Assembly: GCA_035500255.1 (NCBI GenBank)
Contig: DATJXJ010000082.1
Location: 19,188 to 83,187, forward strand
DNA: 64,000 nucleotides
From: Verrucomicrobiia bacterium
GTDB taxonomy: Bacteria > Acidobacteriota > Terriglobia > Acidiferrales > UBA7541
Direction: 5' to 3'
In this document: in pieces, positions 17,874 through 27,515 of the stretch
Numbering within the stretch: position 1 is the first letter of the stretch
Layout of the letters: each line of letters starts with the position of its first letter
The notes under the pieces: generated by a model
What the model was told of the DNA's origin: nothing
Databases searched by the model: none
The model's input: the letters and a program-made list of their open reading frames with translations, nothing else
Made by a program: the position numbers and the translations under genes

Positions 17874-18587
17874 TTATGGATTCGAGGAACCGCTCGAGTG
17901 CGCATAGGCGATCGAGAAGTTGTAGCGGGCGAGTTCGGCGCCTTGCGCGTCGCCGGACCCGGATGCTCCCCGAACAACGAGTGCGTACGGGCCTGGAGTC
18001 AGACGGGAAGCCGGAACCAGAATCTGCACCGTGTTTCTGGCTTCGTCAGCGGAGATGGAGACCGCGAATTGCGCGGCTCCGGCTTCGCTTTCAACCCGCA
18101 GAGTATACACGGGAAACGACGGCTGCGGCGGCACGTCTGCGTAAAGAGAGAAGGGCTGATCGGGTTGAACAATGAATGCGGCCGCGCCTTCGCCGCGCGC
18201 GTTGCTGTCGATCAATGAGAAGGAAGTCAGGGCGCGCGGAGCGGCGGTCCTCGATGCCGAGGATTCCAGGCGAGGGATTACGACCCCGGATTGATATCCG
18301 ATAATCGCCAGAAGAACGGCAAACGCGGGCACGGCAAACGCGGGACGCAGAATCCAGGCGAGCCAACCACGCGACGGCCCGGCAGTCTTTGCAGCGACCA
18401 ATTCGGAGGCTTGCGAGCGAAATACGTCCCGCGCACTTTCCACGAACATAACTCCGGCGCGAAGGTCCGCCGCGCATTCCGCGCAGGACATGAAGTGCTC
18501 TTCGAACTCCGCACGCAAGTCCCCGCTGATTTCTCCAAGCAGGTACTGCTCGGCGGCTTTCAAGCGGATGGCGTCAGAATGTTCCAT
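17874..18587 (-). CDS. zf-HC2 anti-sigma factor, single-pass membrane protein
   Basis: N-terminal 'HFMSCAECAADL' (H-x3-C-x2-C), a TM segment 'AFAVPAFAVLLAIIGY', and an extracytoplasmic domain of about 125 aa. Confidence 0.8.
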   Translation of the reverse strand: MEHSDAIRLKAAEQYLLGEISGDLRAEFEEHFMSCAECAADLRAGVMFVESARDVFRSQASELVAAKTAGPSRGWLAWILRPAFAVPAFAVLLAIIGYQSGVVIPRLESSASRTAAPRALTSFSLIDSNARGEGAAAFIVQPDQPFSLYADVPPQPSFPVYTLRVESEAGAAQFAVSISADEARNTVQILVPASRLTPGPYALVVRGASGSGDAQGAELARYNFSIAYAHSSGSSNP

Positions 18588-18648
18588 ATTCCGTCTTCCC
18601 TATAGTGCGGCTCGACTTCCAATCGTTTCGCTCCGCCTTTGCGTGATG

Positions 18649-19278
18649 TCAACAACCCTCGGGTATCGGGCGGCGGTCTGCGGCTCCCGCGCTTCTTTCG
18701 TAAAGGGCCTTGAAGCTGTGCTTGGCGCGGTGCAGAAGCACCCTCAGATAGTCGCGGTCGACCTTGAACTCGCGGCAGACCTGGTCCTTTTCCTTCTCTT
18801 CCAAGAAGAGCGCATGCAGCAGGCGTTTGTCTCTATCTGGAAGCTGGTCAAGCACTTGCCGCACCTGTTGGCACGTCTGCTTCGTAACCAGGAAGCCGTC
18901 AAGATCAATCGCTGTGTCGGAGGGCTCGACAGCCTCGGTTTCCAACTGGCCGGTTCGCGCGGACGAGCGGTAGAACTCCATTAGGATGTTGTTACACACT
19001 GAGTTAACAAAGGCGCCCAAACGCTCGGGAGCACGAATCCCGCCTTCGCTCCGAAGCGCGGCCAGAACCCGAACGAAGGTCTCCTGCTTGACGTCCTCGA
19101 TGGCCTGCACGGAATGAAGGCGCGACCTCAATTTGATGTGCAGCAGATCGCTGAAGTAGGAAACGAAATGACTCTCCGTGGCTGGATCACGGCTTTGGAG
19201 GCGGCGGAAGTAGGTCTCATCGAACTCGAAGAATTCCACGCTGCCCTCGCGAGAAGGGCAGAAGTATAGCTTCCCCAT
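18649..19278 (-). CDS. ECF-type RNA polymerase sigma-70 family factor
   Basis: Region 2 ('DVKQETFVRVL') and region 4 ('LPDRDKRLLHALFLEEKEKDQVCREFKVDRDYLRVLLHRAKHSFK'). Start set at ATG 19278; the longer ORF extension to 19845 looks non-coding. Confidence 0.8.
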   Translation of the reverse strand: MGKLYFCPSREGSVEFFEFDETYFRRLQSRDPATESHFVSYFSDLLHIKLRSRLHSVQAIEDVKQETFVRVLAALRSEGGIRAPERLGAFVNSVCNNILMEFYRSSARTGQLETEAVEPSDTAIDLDGFLVTKQTCQQVRQVLDQLPDRDKRLLHALFLEEKEKDQVCREFKVDRDYLRVLLHRAKHSFKALYERSAGAADRRPIPEGC

Positions 19279-19539
19279 TCTGTAGGTGCAATGAACGAGC
19301 CGACTTATGGGTGCTCGGTGCAGGTGTCGCCCCGGTAAGCTTGCGGCAACCCGAAGAAAGCTTTCCCAGAATGAAACGAAGCTGATGCTTCGTTCACTAC
19401 TAGGCGAGAAACCGAACCCAACGCGACAGGCCATCCGCCTACCCCAACCGTCACCCAAAGACAACGGACGGCCTGTCGCCCCCCAGTTCTTTTCGATCGC
19501 GCTGCGAACGGGTCGGTCGAGTGGCAGGAGGGCCAAGTG

Positions 19540-19980
19540 ATGGAAATGGAGTCGGCGGCAAAAGAGCCGGGAGATTGCGACACTCCTTTCGAGGTGTTGT
19601 TGCCGGCCGGGAGCTTTGGTCCAGACGACAAGCTCGATCGGCCAAGCTGGGCGGTTCGAAGCATTGGGTTCATCGCCAAGCCTGACAAAACACGCGAACT
19701 GACAGCTTGCCTCGAAGGGCCGGTGAGCACTTTGCTGAGAGAAACCCCCGGGTTCGCGGGTTTGATGGTAATGCACTCGCAGCACGAGGAACGCAATTTG
19801 CTCGTCCTTACATTCTGGGAGACGGAAAAGCAGGCGGCAAACCACTGGGAAGAGTTCAGCAGCGTGCGGAGAATCGTGAGCCCCCTAGTGGACGTGTGCG
19901 CGAAGGTGCAGACGTTTCACGCCGCGGCGCTGCTCGTCACACGGGGCGCGAAGGGCAAGCGAGCAGCGAAAGCCTCCTGA
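19540..19980 (+). CDS. ABM/Dabb-like ferredoxin-fold protein (putative)
   Basis: SD AGGAGG sits about 9 nt upstream of ATG 19540. 'GFAGLMVMHSQHEERNLLVLTFWETEKQA' resembles antibiotic-biosynthesis-monooxygenase-like domains. Confidence 0.45.
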   Translation: MEMESAAKEPGDCDTPFEVLLPAGSFGPDDKLDRPSWAVRSIGFIAKPDKTRELTACLEGPVSTLLRETPGFAGLMVMHSQHEERNLLVLTFWETEKQAANHWEEFSSVRRIVSPLVDVCAKVQTFHAAALLVTRGAKGKRAAKAS

Positions 19981-20010
19981 ACCGATACATACCAACTCAT
20001 CGGTCTGCGC

Positions 20011-20451
20011 ATGCAATTCAGATTTCAAGAAGAGGGGCCTACGACATCGATGGATCCGCTACAGTTTCCGGCACGACCCGGCGGTTTTTCTGCAGGCGGC
20101 AGATCGAAGATGTGCGCGGAGACCGGGTGTTCGCAGGACGCGATCCTGCTGCTCGACGGGCGGTCATTCTGCGCCGAGCATCTCGTCTCGCACTGCTACT
20201 CGCGTTTGCAGGAATGCGAGCAGGGAGAAGGTTCACCGCGGTCCACTGCGGAGGCCGCTATGTCAGGCGACACGGCGTTTCTCGACGAGTGCCGCACGAA
20301 GCTGGCGAGTCTGCTGGTCGTCTACACGCGTCTGACGAACATCGAGCGCGCGCGCGTGTTGGACATCCTGCTCTGGGCGAGCGAACTGTCTGAGAAACAG
20401 CGGGAGCAACGTCCGGGCCGCGCCACGGCCGCCGGAATGTTCGGAGAGTGA
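20011..20451 (+). CDS. hypothetical Cys-rich protein
   Basis: High GC3 in frame. It has a possible zinc-ribbon pattern, 'MCAETGC..(13)..FCAEHLVSHC'. The start is uncertain (ATG 20011 or ATG 20110). Confidence 0.4.
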   Translation: MQFRFQEEGPTTSMDPLQFPARPGGFSAGGRSKMCAETGCSQDAILLLDGRSFCAEHLVSHCYSRLQECEQGEGSPRSTAEAAMSGDTAFLDECRTKLASLLVVYTRLTNIERARVLDILLWASELSEKQREQRPGRATAAGMFGE

Positions 20452-20458
20452 ATCTCCC

Positions 20459-21262
20459 CTAGCGGCGCGCAGGCGCAACATCGAGCCGCACGACGATGCC
20501 GCTCAATTCAGGCTTGGCGGCAGGATAGAACTTCATCACCAGCGGATCATGGCCCGGCAGGATGTGTTCGGGAGAATCCGCCAACTGACGAAGCCGGTTG
20601 AACCCTTCGAGCATTTCCGCGATGTTGTAGACCACAGGGAACGGACGGCGCTGTTCGAAGTTCGCGTAGAGATGCGACGCGTCGGAGGCGACCACGACCC
20701 AGCCGCGGCGGGTCCATACGCGCAAAACCTGCAAGCCCGCTGAATGTCCGCCGATGCGATGCAGGCTCAGCCCCGGCACGATGTCCGCTTCGCCGTCGTG
20801 GAATACCGTCCGCTCTGAGTAGGCGATCCGCACCATCTCGAGCGCGTTGTCGAGATCGAAGGGCGCGCGCAGCACCGGATGACACATGCAGCGGCCGGTG
20901 GCAAAGGCCATTTCGCGGTCCTGTAGATGGAAGCGCGCGCGCGGAAAGCGGTCCAGGTTTCCCGCGTGGTCGTAGTGCATGTGCGTGAGGATTACGTCGC
21001 TCACCTGCGACGCATCGATTCCGATCAATCCCAGCGACTCGGCCGGACAGCGCAGCCATTCGCGCTTTCTGCGCGCCGCAGCCTCTTTGCCGAATCCGGT
21101 ATCGACGACAAAGCTGCAGTCGCTTCGGCGCACTACCCAAACGAAGTAGTCCAGATCGGAGGCGAATTCGTGGGGATCGGCGAGCATGAAATTCTCGCCC
21201 GGATGCCGGCTGCCGAGATGCGCATAGCGAATGGCGAAGATTTCAAATGGCTCGATCTGCAC
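20459..21262 (-). CDS. MBL-fold hydrolase, N-acyl-homoserine-lactonase-like
   Basis: 'LTHMHYDHAGN' (HxHxDH) and 'IGGHSAG'. Size and layout resemble AttM/AiiB-type lactonases. Confidence 0.75.
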   Translation of the reverse strand: MQIEPFEIFAIRYAHLGSRHPGENFMLADPHEFASDLDYFVWVVRRSDCSFVVDTGFGKEAAARRKREWLRCPAESLGLIGIDASQVSDVILTHMHYDHAGNLDRFPRARFHLQDREMAFATGRCMCHPVLRAPFDLDNALEMVRIAYSERTVFHDGEADIVPGLSLHRIGGHSAGLQVLRVWTRRGWVVVASDASHLYANFEQRRPFPVVYNIAEMLEGFNRLRQLADSPEHILPGHDPLVMKFYPAAKPELSGIVVRLDVAPARR

Positions 21263-21381
21263 ACAGCACCTCGCACGGCCACGGAGCGTGAATTGTTACG
21301 GGCGCTATCATAGGGCATAATGCGGCGTCGGAAAAACGCACTTTTTCCGCGCACGCGCGGCCAGCACCGGAGGAAATAAGA

Positions 21382-22278
21382 ATGGCGCAGCAGAGTATCG
21401 GCTTTGTGGGAGTCGGCAGAATGGGCGCTCGCATGGTGGCCCGGCTGATCAACGCGGGCTACGAGCTCACGATCTACGACACCAGCAAGGCCGCGATGGC
21501 GCCGCTTGTCCAGATGGGCGCCAAGGCCGCAGAGTCTCCGGCAGCGGTGGCGTCCGCGGCCGAGATCGTTTTCGCGAGTGTGCCCACTCCGCCGGTCGTT
21601 CTGACGGTCGCGCTAGGTCCTGACGGAGTCGTTGCGGGCGGCCGCGCCAAGATCTTCATCGACGTTTCCACCACAGGCGCGACCGTTGCGAAGGCGGTGG
21701 CCGAGGGCTTGGCGATGAAGGGAATCATCGCAGTGGATGCACCGGTGAGCGGCGGAATTGCGGGAGCGGAGAAGGGAACGCTGGCGGTGATGTTGTCGTG
21801 CCCGGAGAGCACGCTTCCTATCGTGAAGCCGATACTGGAAGTGCTCGGCAAGATCTTCGTGGTCGGCACGCAGCCGGGCCAGGGCCAGACGATGAAGCTG
21901 CTGAACAATCTACTGTCCGCGTCGGCGATGGCGATCACATCCGAGGCAGTCGCGATGGGCGTGAAGGCAGGCCTCGATCCGTCGCTGATGGTCGACGTGT
22001 TCAACGCCGGGACTGCGCGCAACAGCGCGACGCAGGACAAAATCAAGCAGCATGTGATCTCGCGCAGCTTCAGCTACGGATTCGGGATCGGGCTGCTCAA
22101 CAAAGACATTCGATTGTGCATGTCTGAGGCGGATGCGCTGAGCGTGCCGATGGTCGTCGGCAGCGCCGTGAGGCAGCTACTTTCCATTTCGACGGCGACC
22201 GAGGGGCCTGACGCGGACATGACGGCGATGGCGAAGACCGTCGAAGCATTCGCGGGGGTCCAGATCGGGCACAAGTGA
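21382..22278 (+). CDS. NAD(P)-dependent 3-hydroxyisobutyrate dehydrogenase-family oxidoreductase
   Basis: Rossmann motif 'IGFVGVGRMGARM', plus 'DAPVSGG' and 'GQGQTMKLLNN', typical of the HIBADH/6PGDH-like family. Confidence 0.85.
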   Translation: MAQQSIGFVGVGRMGARMVARLINAGYELTIYDTSKAAMAPLVQMGAKAAESPAAVASAAEIVFASVPTPPVVLTVALGPDGVVAGGRAKIFIDVSTTGATVAKAVAEGLAMKGIIAVDAPVSGGIAGAEKGTLAVMLSCPESTLPIVKPILEVLGKIFVVGTQPGQGQTMKLLNNLLSASAMAITSEAVAMGVKAGLDPSLMVDVFNAGTARNSATQDKIKQHVISRSFSYGFGIGLLNKDIRLCMSEADALSVPMVVGSAVRQLLSISTATEGPDADMTAMAKTVEAFAGVQIGHK

Positions 22279-22347
22279 CGGCGGATGGGAATTCCCGTTG
22301 GCTTTCCGAGATTCTGAATTCTCCACCTGGAAGAGAGGAACAACGAT

Positions 22348-22740
22348 ATGGATCAGAAGACGTTTGAGCGGGGACGCGAGATTCGCAGCTCGGTTCTCGG
22401 AAAAGAGTTTGTCGACAACGCGTTCAAGACGGCGGACGAGTTCAATCGTCCGCTGCAGGAACTGGTTACTGAATACTGCTGGGGCGCAATCTGGGGTCGC
22501 GAGGAGCTGCCGCGCAAGACGCGCAGCATGCTGAATCTGGCGATGATCAGCGCGTTGAACCGGCCTCACGAATTGAAGGCGCATATCAAAGGCGCGCTGG
22601 CCAATGGCGTGACGCGCGTGGAAATTCGCGAAGTGCTTTTGCAGGTGGCCATTTATTGCGGCGTGCCCGCGGCCGTGGACTCGTTCCGAATTGCGCGCGA
22701 AGCATTTGCGGAGCTCGAAGCCGCCAAATCCAAGGCATAA
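22348..22740 (+). CDS. carboxymuconolactone decarboxylase-family protein (PcaC-like)
   Basis: 130 aa. 'YCWGAIWGREELPRKTRSMLNLAM' and 'EVLLQVAIYCGVPAA' match the CMD family pattern. Confidence 0.8.
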   Translation: MDQKTFERGREIRSSVLGKEFVDNAFKTADEFNRPLQELVTEYCWGAIWGREELPRKTRSMLNLAMISALNRPHELKAHIKGALANGVTRVEIREVLLQVAIYCGVPAAVDSFRIAREAFAELEAAKSKA

Positions 22741-22773
22741 CGGCGCGTTGCCGTCAGAAGGAAAGCAACCAAG

Positions 22774-24252
22774 ATGAAGAAGCATCAGATGTTGATCGGC
22801 GGTCAGTGGGTCGATCCCACTTCTGGAAAGTGGTTCGAGTCCGTCAATCCGTTCACGGCCCAGCCATGGGCCTTGGTCCCGCAGGGCACGAAGGGCGATG
22901 TGGATCGCGCTGTCGCTGCGGCGAAGGCGGCGTTCTACGGCGACGCCTGGCGCAAACTGACGGCTACCGCGCGCGGCGAGCTGCTGCGCCGCCTTGCCGA
23001 TCTAATCGTCGCCGAATCGCAAAAACTCGGAGAAATCGAAACCACGGACAACGGCAAGCTGATCGCCGAGATGCAGGGGCAGGTCAACTACGTTCCCCAG
23101 TGGTATCGGTATTTCGGCGGGCTTGCGGACAAAGTGGAAGGCCGCGTGATTCCCATCGACAAGCCCGGCGTATTCAATTTCACGCGCGAAGAGCCGCTGG
23201 GTGTCGTCGGGGCAATCACGCCGTGGAATTCACCGCTGCTGCTGGCGACGTGGAAGCTGGCGCCGGCGCTAGCGGCGGGGAACACGGTGGTGTGGAAGCC
23301 TTCGGAGTTTGCTTCGGTTTCGGCGCTGACTTTCGGCGAGCTGTTCGAGCGCGCCGGCTTTCCGCCGGGAGTCGTCAACATCGTCACCGGTTACGGCGCC
23401 GAAGTGGGTGAACCGCTGATCACGCATCGCGACGTTGCCAAGATCGCATTCACGGGTGGAGACAAGACGGGCGAGCACGTTTACGGGCTTGCGGCGCGCG
23501 GCATCAAACCGATCACGCTCGAGCTGGGCGGCAAGTCGGCCAACATCGTGTTCGACGATGCCGATCTTGACGGCGCGATCAAGGGCGTCGTCTCCGGCAT
23601 CTTCGCGGCCACGGGGCAAACCTGCATCGCGGGCTCCCGTGCGCTGATCCATCGCCCGATCTACGATCAGTTCGTCGAGCAACTCCTGGCACTAGCCAAG
23701 ACGGCACGCATGGGCAATCCGCTCGACTATGCCACGCAGGTCGGGCCGATCACCACGCAGCCGCAATACCAGAAAGTGCTCGACTACATCCGCATCGCAA
23801 AGGAGGAGGGCGCGGTGTGCCGGCTGGGAGGCGCACCCGCGCAGCGGCCGGAGTGCGGCTCGGGCTGGTTCGTCGAGCCGACGATTTTCACGGGCGTGAA
23901 GCCGGAGATGCGCATCGCGCAGGAAGAAGTGTTTGGCCCGGTGCTCTCCATCATTCCGTTCGACACGGAAGAGGAAGCGATTCGGATCGCCAATGGCACG
24001 GTGTATGGTCTTGCGGCCGGCGTCTGGACGAAGAGCATCCGCCGCGCGCTGGTGATGTCCGAACAACTGGAAGCCGGCACAGTGTGGGTCAACACCTATC
24101 GCGCAGTCAGCTACATGTCGCCGTTCGGCGGCTACAAGCGATCGGGAATTGGCCGCGAGAGCGGTATCGAGGCTATCCGCGAGTACCTGCAAACAAAGAG
24201 CGTTTGGATCGACGTCGCGGGAAACGTTCCCAACCCGTTCGTGATGCGCTAG
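22774..24252 (+). CDS. NAD(P)+-dependent aldehyde dehydrogenase
   Basis: 'VVWKPSE', 'ELGGKSANIV' (catalytic Glu) and 'GQTCIAGSR' (catalytic Cys). Confidence 0.9.
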   Translation: MKKHQMLIGGQWVDPTSGKWFESVNPFTAQPWALVPQGTKGDVDRAVAAAKAAFYGDAWRKLTATARGELLRRLADLIVAESQKLGEIETTDNGKLIAEMQGQVNYVPQWYRYFGGLADKVEGRVIPIDKPGVFNFTREEPLGVVGAITPWNSPLLLATWKLAPALAAGNTVVWKPSEFASVSALTFGELFERAGFPPGVVNIVTGYGAEVGEPLITHRDVAKIAFTGGDKTGEHVYGLAARGIKPITLELGGKSANIVFDDADLDGAIKGVVSGIFAATGQTCIAGSRALIHRPIYDQFVEQLLALAKTARMGNPLDYATQVGPITTQPQYQKVLDYIRIAKEEGAVCRLGGAPAQRPECGSGWFVEPTIFTGVKPEMRIAQEEVFGPVLSIIPFDTEEEAIRIANGTVYGLAAGVWTKSIRRALVMSEQLEAGTVWVNTYRAVSYMSPFGGYKRSGIGRESGIEAIREYLQTKSVWIDVAGNVPNPFVMR

Positions 24253-24262
24253 CGACCCGCGC

Positions 24263-25516
24263 TCAAGCCGCAGCAGCGCTGGCGCGATTGTCGCTGGTGC
24301 GGCCGATCCACCACCACAGCGTCGTGCCGATGATGGGAATCACGCTCAGCGAAACAAAAGTCAGCCCGTACAACTGCCGGTCGAACCAGCGGCCATAGAT
24401 CGGCAGCAGTATCGCGACCAGCGCGGACCACGCCCCGGACCCAATGCCCGCGACCAGCCCTCTGTCTTCGCGCGGATACGCGCGAGCGCTGAGGTGCAGC
24501 GACGTCACGATGAAGGCGACGGCAATGAACATCGCCCAGGAAAAAAGCGCGAGCGCGACGATCCGCGAGTTCGTCCGAGTGACCAGGGCGAGCGGCAGCG
24601 CAAGAATCGTGAACAGGATGTAGAGCCGCACGGGCCGGGGATTCTCGCGCACGTAGCGGTCGTTGATCCAGCCCCAGAAGTAGTAGCCGAACTCCCAGCA
24701 AACCGCCGGGATCCAAAGAATCCGTCCAAGCTCGGCCTGTGAAACTCCCAGCACGCGATTCAAATAGATCGGACAGAGATTGAGCGTGGGGCCGAGCGCC
24801 GCTCCTCCCAGTCCCATGCCGGCGACGAGCAGCCAGAAGCGCCGCTCGAGCATATTGGGCCACGGAACCATTCGCTTCTTTTCCTGCGCGGGCCGCAGCA
24901 GTGGAGGACGCGCGATCGCCCACCACACCGCGAGCCACATCAGGCCGAGTGCTCCCGTCACCAGAAATGCCGCGTGCCATCCCCACTTCAGCGCGATCGG
25001 CGTGATCACGAGCGGCGCGAAGACGGATCCGAGCGACGCGCCGCTGTAGGAGATCCCCATTCCGCGCGACTGTTGATCGACCGGCAGCGATTCGGCGGCC
25101 GTGCGCAGCCCTCCGGGAAACGTCGCCCCTTCGCCGAAACCGAGCAGAGCGCGCGCCGCTGCGAATCCGAGAAAGCCTCCGACCCACGCGTGCGACGCGC
25201 TCGCCAGCGTCCAGATGCTAACGGCCGCGAGCATGCCGATCCGCAGCCCGACATAGTCGAGCAGCGAGCCCCACAGCGGATTCGCGATCATGTAGACGAT
25301 CGAAAAGACGGACAGCGCGTCGCCGTACGAAGCCGTGCTCAGGCCCGTATCTTTGAGGATCATGGGAGAAATCACGACGAGCGCTTGCCGGTCGATGTAG
25401 GAAAGCCACGAGCACGTCATCATGACGGCGACGGGAATCCACATGCGCCAGGCCGCGACGGATGGATTCGCAGGTTCAGCCGCGGAATTCGTGTTTGTTT
25501 GGGCGTCGGCGGACAT
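24263..25516 (-). CDS. MFS transporter
   Basis: 417 aa with about 12 hydrophobic segments. 'SYIDRQAL' and 'GSLLDYVGLR' resemble MFS signature loops. Confidence 0.8.
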   Translation of the reverse strand: MSADAQTNTNSAAEPANPSVAAWRMWIPVAVMMTCSWLSYIDRQALVVISPMILKDTGLSTASYGDALSVFSIVYMIANPLWGSLLDYVGLRIGMLAAVSIWTLASASHAWVGGFLGFAAARALLGFGEGATFPGGLRTAAESLPVDQQSRGMGISYSGASLGSVFAPLVITPIALKWGWHAAFLVTGALGLMWLAVWWAIARPPLLRPAQEKKRMVPWPNMLERRFWLLVAGMGLGGAALGPTLNLCPIYLNRVLGVSQAELGRILWIPAVCWEFGYYFWGWINDRYVRENPRPVRLYILFTILALPLALVTRTNSRIVALALFSWAMFIAVAFIVTSLHLSARAYPREDRGLVAGIGSGAWSALVAILLPIYGRWFDRQLYGLTFVSLSVIPIIGTTLWWWIGRTSDNRASAAAA

Positions 25517-25582
25517 TCCGCGATCCTTTCGGGAAGCGGGAGTGTATCACGCGCGGTTCGAGGCAGACGGAAGCGTGGTAAT

Positions 25583-26455
25583 GTGGCGAGCGCGGAGCCC
25601 ACCAAAGTGAACATCGCAGAACTCCAGAAATGGATCGGGAGGACGGAGACGGTCACCGATCAGATCACGCCCGTTCCAATGACCGCACTGGCGGCGACGC
25701 TCGATATCGACGCGCCGGCGCCGCGGCCCGGCGACGCTTTGCCTCCGCTATGGCACTGGCTCTACTTCCTGTCGCTTCACCGCCAATCGGACCTTGGCCA
25801 GGAGGGTCACTCCGAAAAGGGCGGGTTCTTGCCGCCGATTCCGCTGCCTCGGCGGATGTGGGCCGGCGGGCGATTCGAGTTTCACCGGCCGCTGAGAGTC
25901 GGCGAGACCTGCACGCGCACGTCGCGAATCGCCGACGTGCAGGAGAAACACGGCCGGACGGGACATCTGGTCTTCGTCGTGGTTTGCCACGAATTCAACG
26001 ACGCCCGGGGCATCGCGCTCACCGAAGAACAGGATCTCGTTTATCGCGAGCATGCCAGGCCCGGCGATCCGCCGCCGTCTCCGCCACCCGCGCCCGCGGG
26101 GCCGAAGTGGGAGCGCATGATCCGGCCGGACGACGTGCTGCTGTTTCGCTATTCGGCGCTGACGTTCAACGCGCATCGCATTCATTACGATCGGCGCTAC
26201 GCGACGGAAGTCGAGGGTTACCCGGGACTGGTCGTGCACGGCCCACTGATCGCGACGCTGCTGCTCGATTTGCTCCGGCGCAGCCTTCCGCAAGCGAGCG
26301 TCGCGCGCTTCGACTTTCGCGCGGTGAGTCCGCTCTTCGACACGGGGCCGTTTTGGGTTTGCGGCAAGCCAGAAAGCGACGGGAAATCAGTTTCGCTGTG
26401 GGCGAGGAACGAATCGGGCGGCCTGGCCACAACCGCGACGGCTACACTCGTCTAG
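25583..26455 (+). CDS. MaoC/hot-dog-fold (itaconyl/mesaconyl-CoA hydratase-like) dehydratase
   Basis: Tandem hot-dog pattern: 'RRMWAGGRFEFHRPLRVGE' and 'FNAHRIHYDRRYATEVEGYPGLVVHGPL'. The start is GTG 25583 or GTG 25607. The upstream part of the 24974 ORF is antisense to the MFS gene. Confidence 0.7.
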   Translation: MASAEPTKVNIAELQKWIGRTETVTDQITPVPMTALAATLDIDAPAPRPGDALPPLWHWLYFLSLHRQSDLGQEGHSEKGGFLPPIPLPRRMWAGGRFEFHRPLRVGETCTRTSRIADVQEKHGRTGHLVFVVVCHEFNDARGIALTEEQDLVYREHARPGDPPPSPPPAPAGPKWERMIRPDDVLLFRYSALTFNAHRIHYDRRYATEVEGYPGLVVHGPLIATLLLDLLRRSLPQASVARFDFRAVSPLFDTGPFWVCGKPESDGKSVSLWARNESGGLATTATATLV

Positions 26456-26458
26456 CCA

Positions 26459-27334
26459 CTAATCGTAATACTTCGGCGATTTCTTCAGCTTCGAGTTGGC
26501 GATGAAGTCGTGCTCGATCCAAAGCTGCGTATTCGTCTTCTTGCAGTAGTCCTCGATCATCGCGCGGCTGGCTAGAGACTGATCTCTGTCGAACTCAAAC
26601 GTCGGCGTTCGTCCGGAATTGCGCTCTTCCGGATAGTGATACAAGTCGCCGGCAAGCATCACGTTGCCGGTCTTCTTCAGATGAAGAATCAAGACTTGGT
26701 GGCCCGGCGTATGGCCCGGGGCCGATTTGATGATCACCTTTCCATCGCCGAACACGTCGTATTCGTCCGTGGTGATCAGAACGGTCTTCGCGTTCTTGAG
26801 CTTGTCGAAGTACTTGGGATCAACCAGCGCCGGCGGCTTATCGGCAAACATCGCATCGCGTTCCACAGGGCGGACCAGCCACGTCGCGGTTGCAAATTCG
26901 TTGGAATTCGCGATGTGGTCGCCGTGATAGTGGGAGTGAGCCAGGAAGGTAATATCTGGAGGTTCGTAGCCGACTTGCTGAAGTTGCGACTTCAGCGTGC
27001 GAGTCGCCGTCGAAGGGCCTTGCGTCACCGGCTGCCCGTCGTCCTTGAAGGCGCTATCCGGAATGACGCCGACGTCCCACATCAGCGTTCCTTTCGGATG
27101 AACGATCAGGAAGCAGGGAACTGCAAGGTCCGTCGTCGCCACTTCCTCTTTCTTGAGATTGAAGAGGGCAGGATCGAGCCCCTTGATGACCCCACAATCG
27201 AAGACGTAGAGCCGCAGCCGCTTCACCCGTTGCGCGTGATGGTGCTGCGCCAGCGCGGAACCGACCACGACAATGGCTAGGATGCCCAGCACGAGGGCCG
27301 GGCTCAATCTCACGGGCCGACGGGGACTCGTCAT
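26459..27334 (-). CDS. exported MBL-fold hydrolase, AHL-lactonase-like
   Basis: Signal/anchor 'LSPALVLGILAIVVVGSALA', 'LAHSHYHGDHIAN' (HxHxDH) and 'APGHTPGH'. Confidence 0.75.
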   Translation of the reverse strand: MTSPRRPVRLSPALVLGILAIVVVGSALAQHHHAQRVKRLRLYVFDCGVIKGLDPALFNLKKEEVATTDLAVPCFLIVHPKGTLMWDVGVIPDSAFKDDGQPVTQGPSTATRTLKSQLQQVGYEPPDITFLAHSHYHGDHIANSNEFATATWLVRPVERDAMFADKPPALVDPKYFDKLKNAKTVLITTDEYDVFGDGKVIIKSAPGHTPGHQVLILHLKKTGNVMLAGDLYHYPEERNSGRTPTFEFDRDQSLASRAMIEDYCKKTNTQLWIEHDFIANSKLKKSPKYYD

Positions 27335-27515
27335 GGCACGCTCCTTCAAATTGCGGGTGCCCATCATACTCAAATTCGGTCGCACGTCCAGCGGGAACGT
27401 GGTTTCTCAACGCCTCTGGCCGGCGCCCGGCCGAGGGCCAAGCCCGCCATGAATCGGCCCGCGAATTCCCACGCGGGATGAGCGTATAATGCGCGGCGGC
27501 CACAAGGAGGAATTC

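Noticed and set aside
19279-19845. 189-aa N-terminal extension of the ECF sigma ORF
   Set aside because: It has no sigma region 1-like sequence and an odd composition. The ECF sigma domains start right after ATG 19278, and the extension would cover the divergent promoter region.
24974-25582. N-terminal ~200-aa extension of the MaoC-like ORF
   Set aside because: It is antisense to the MFS transporter gene and has an Arg-rich composition. The hot-dog domain homology begins only after about 25600.
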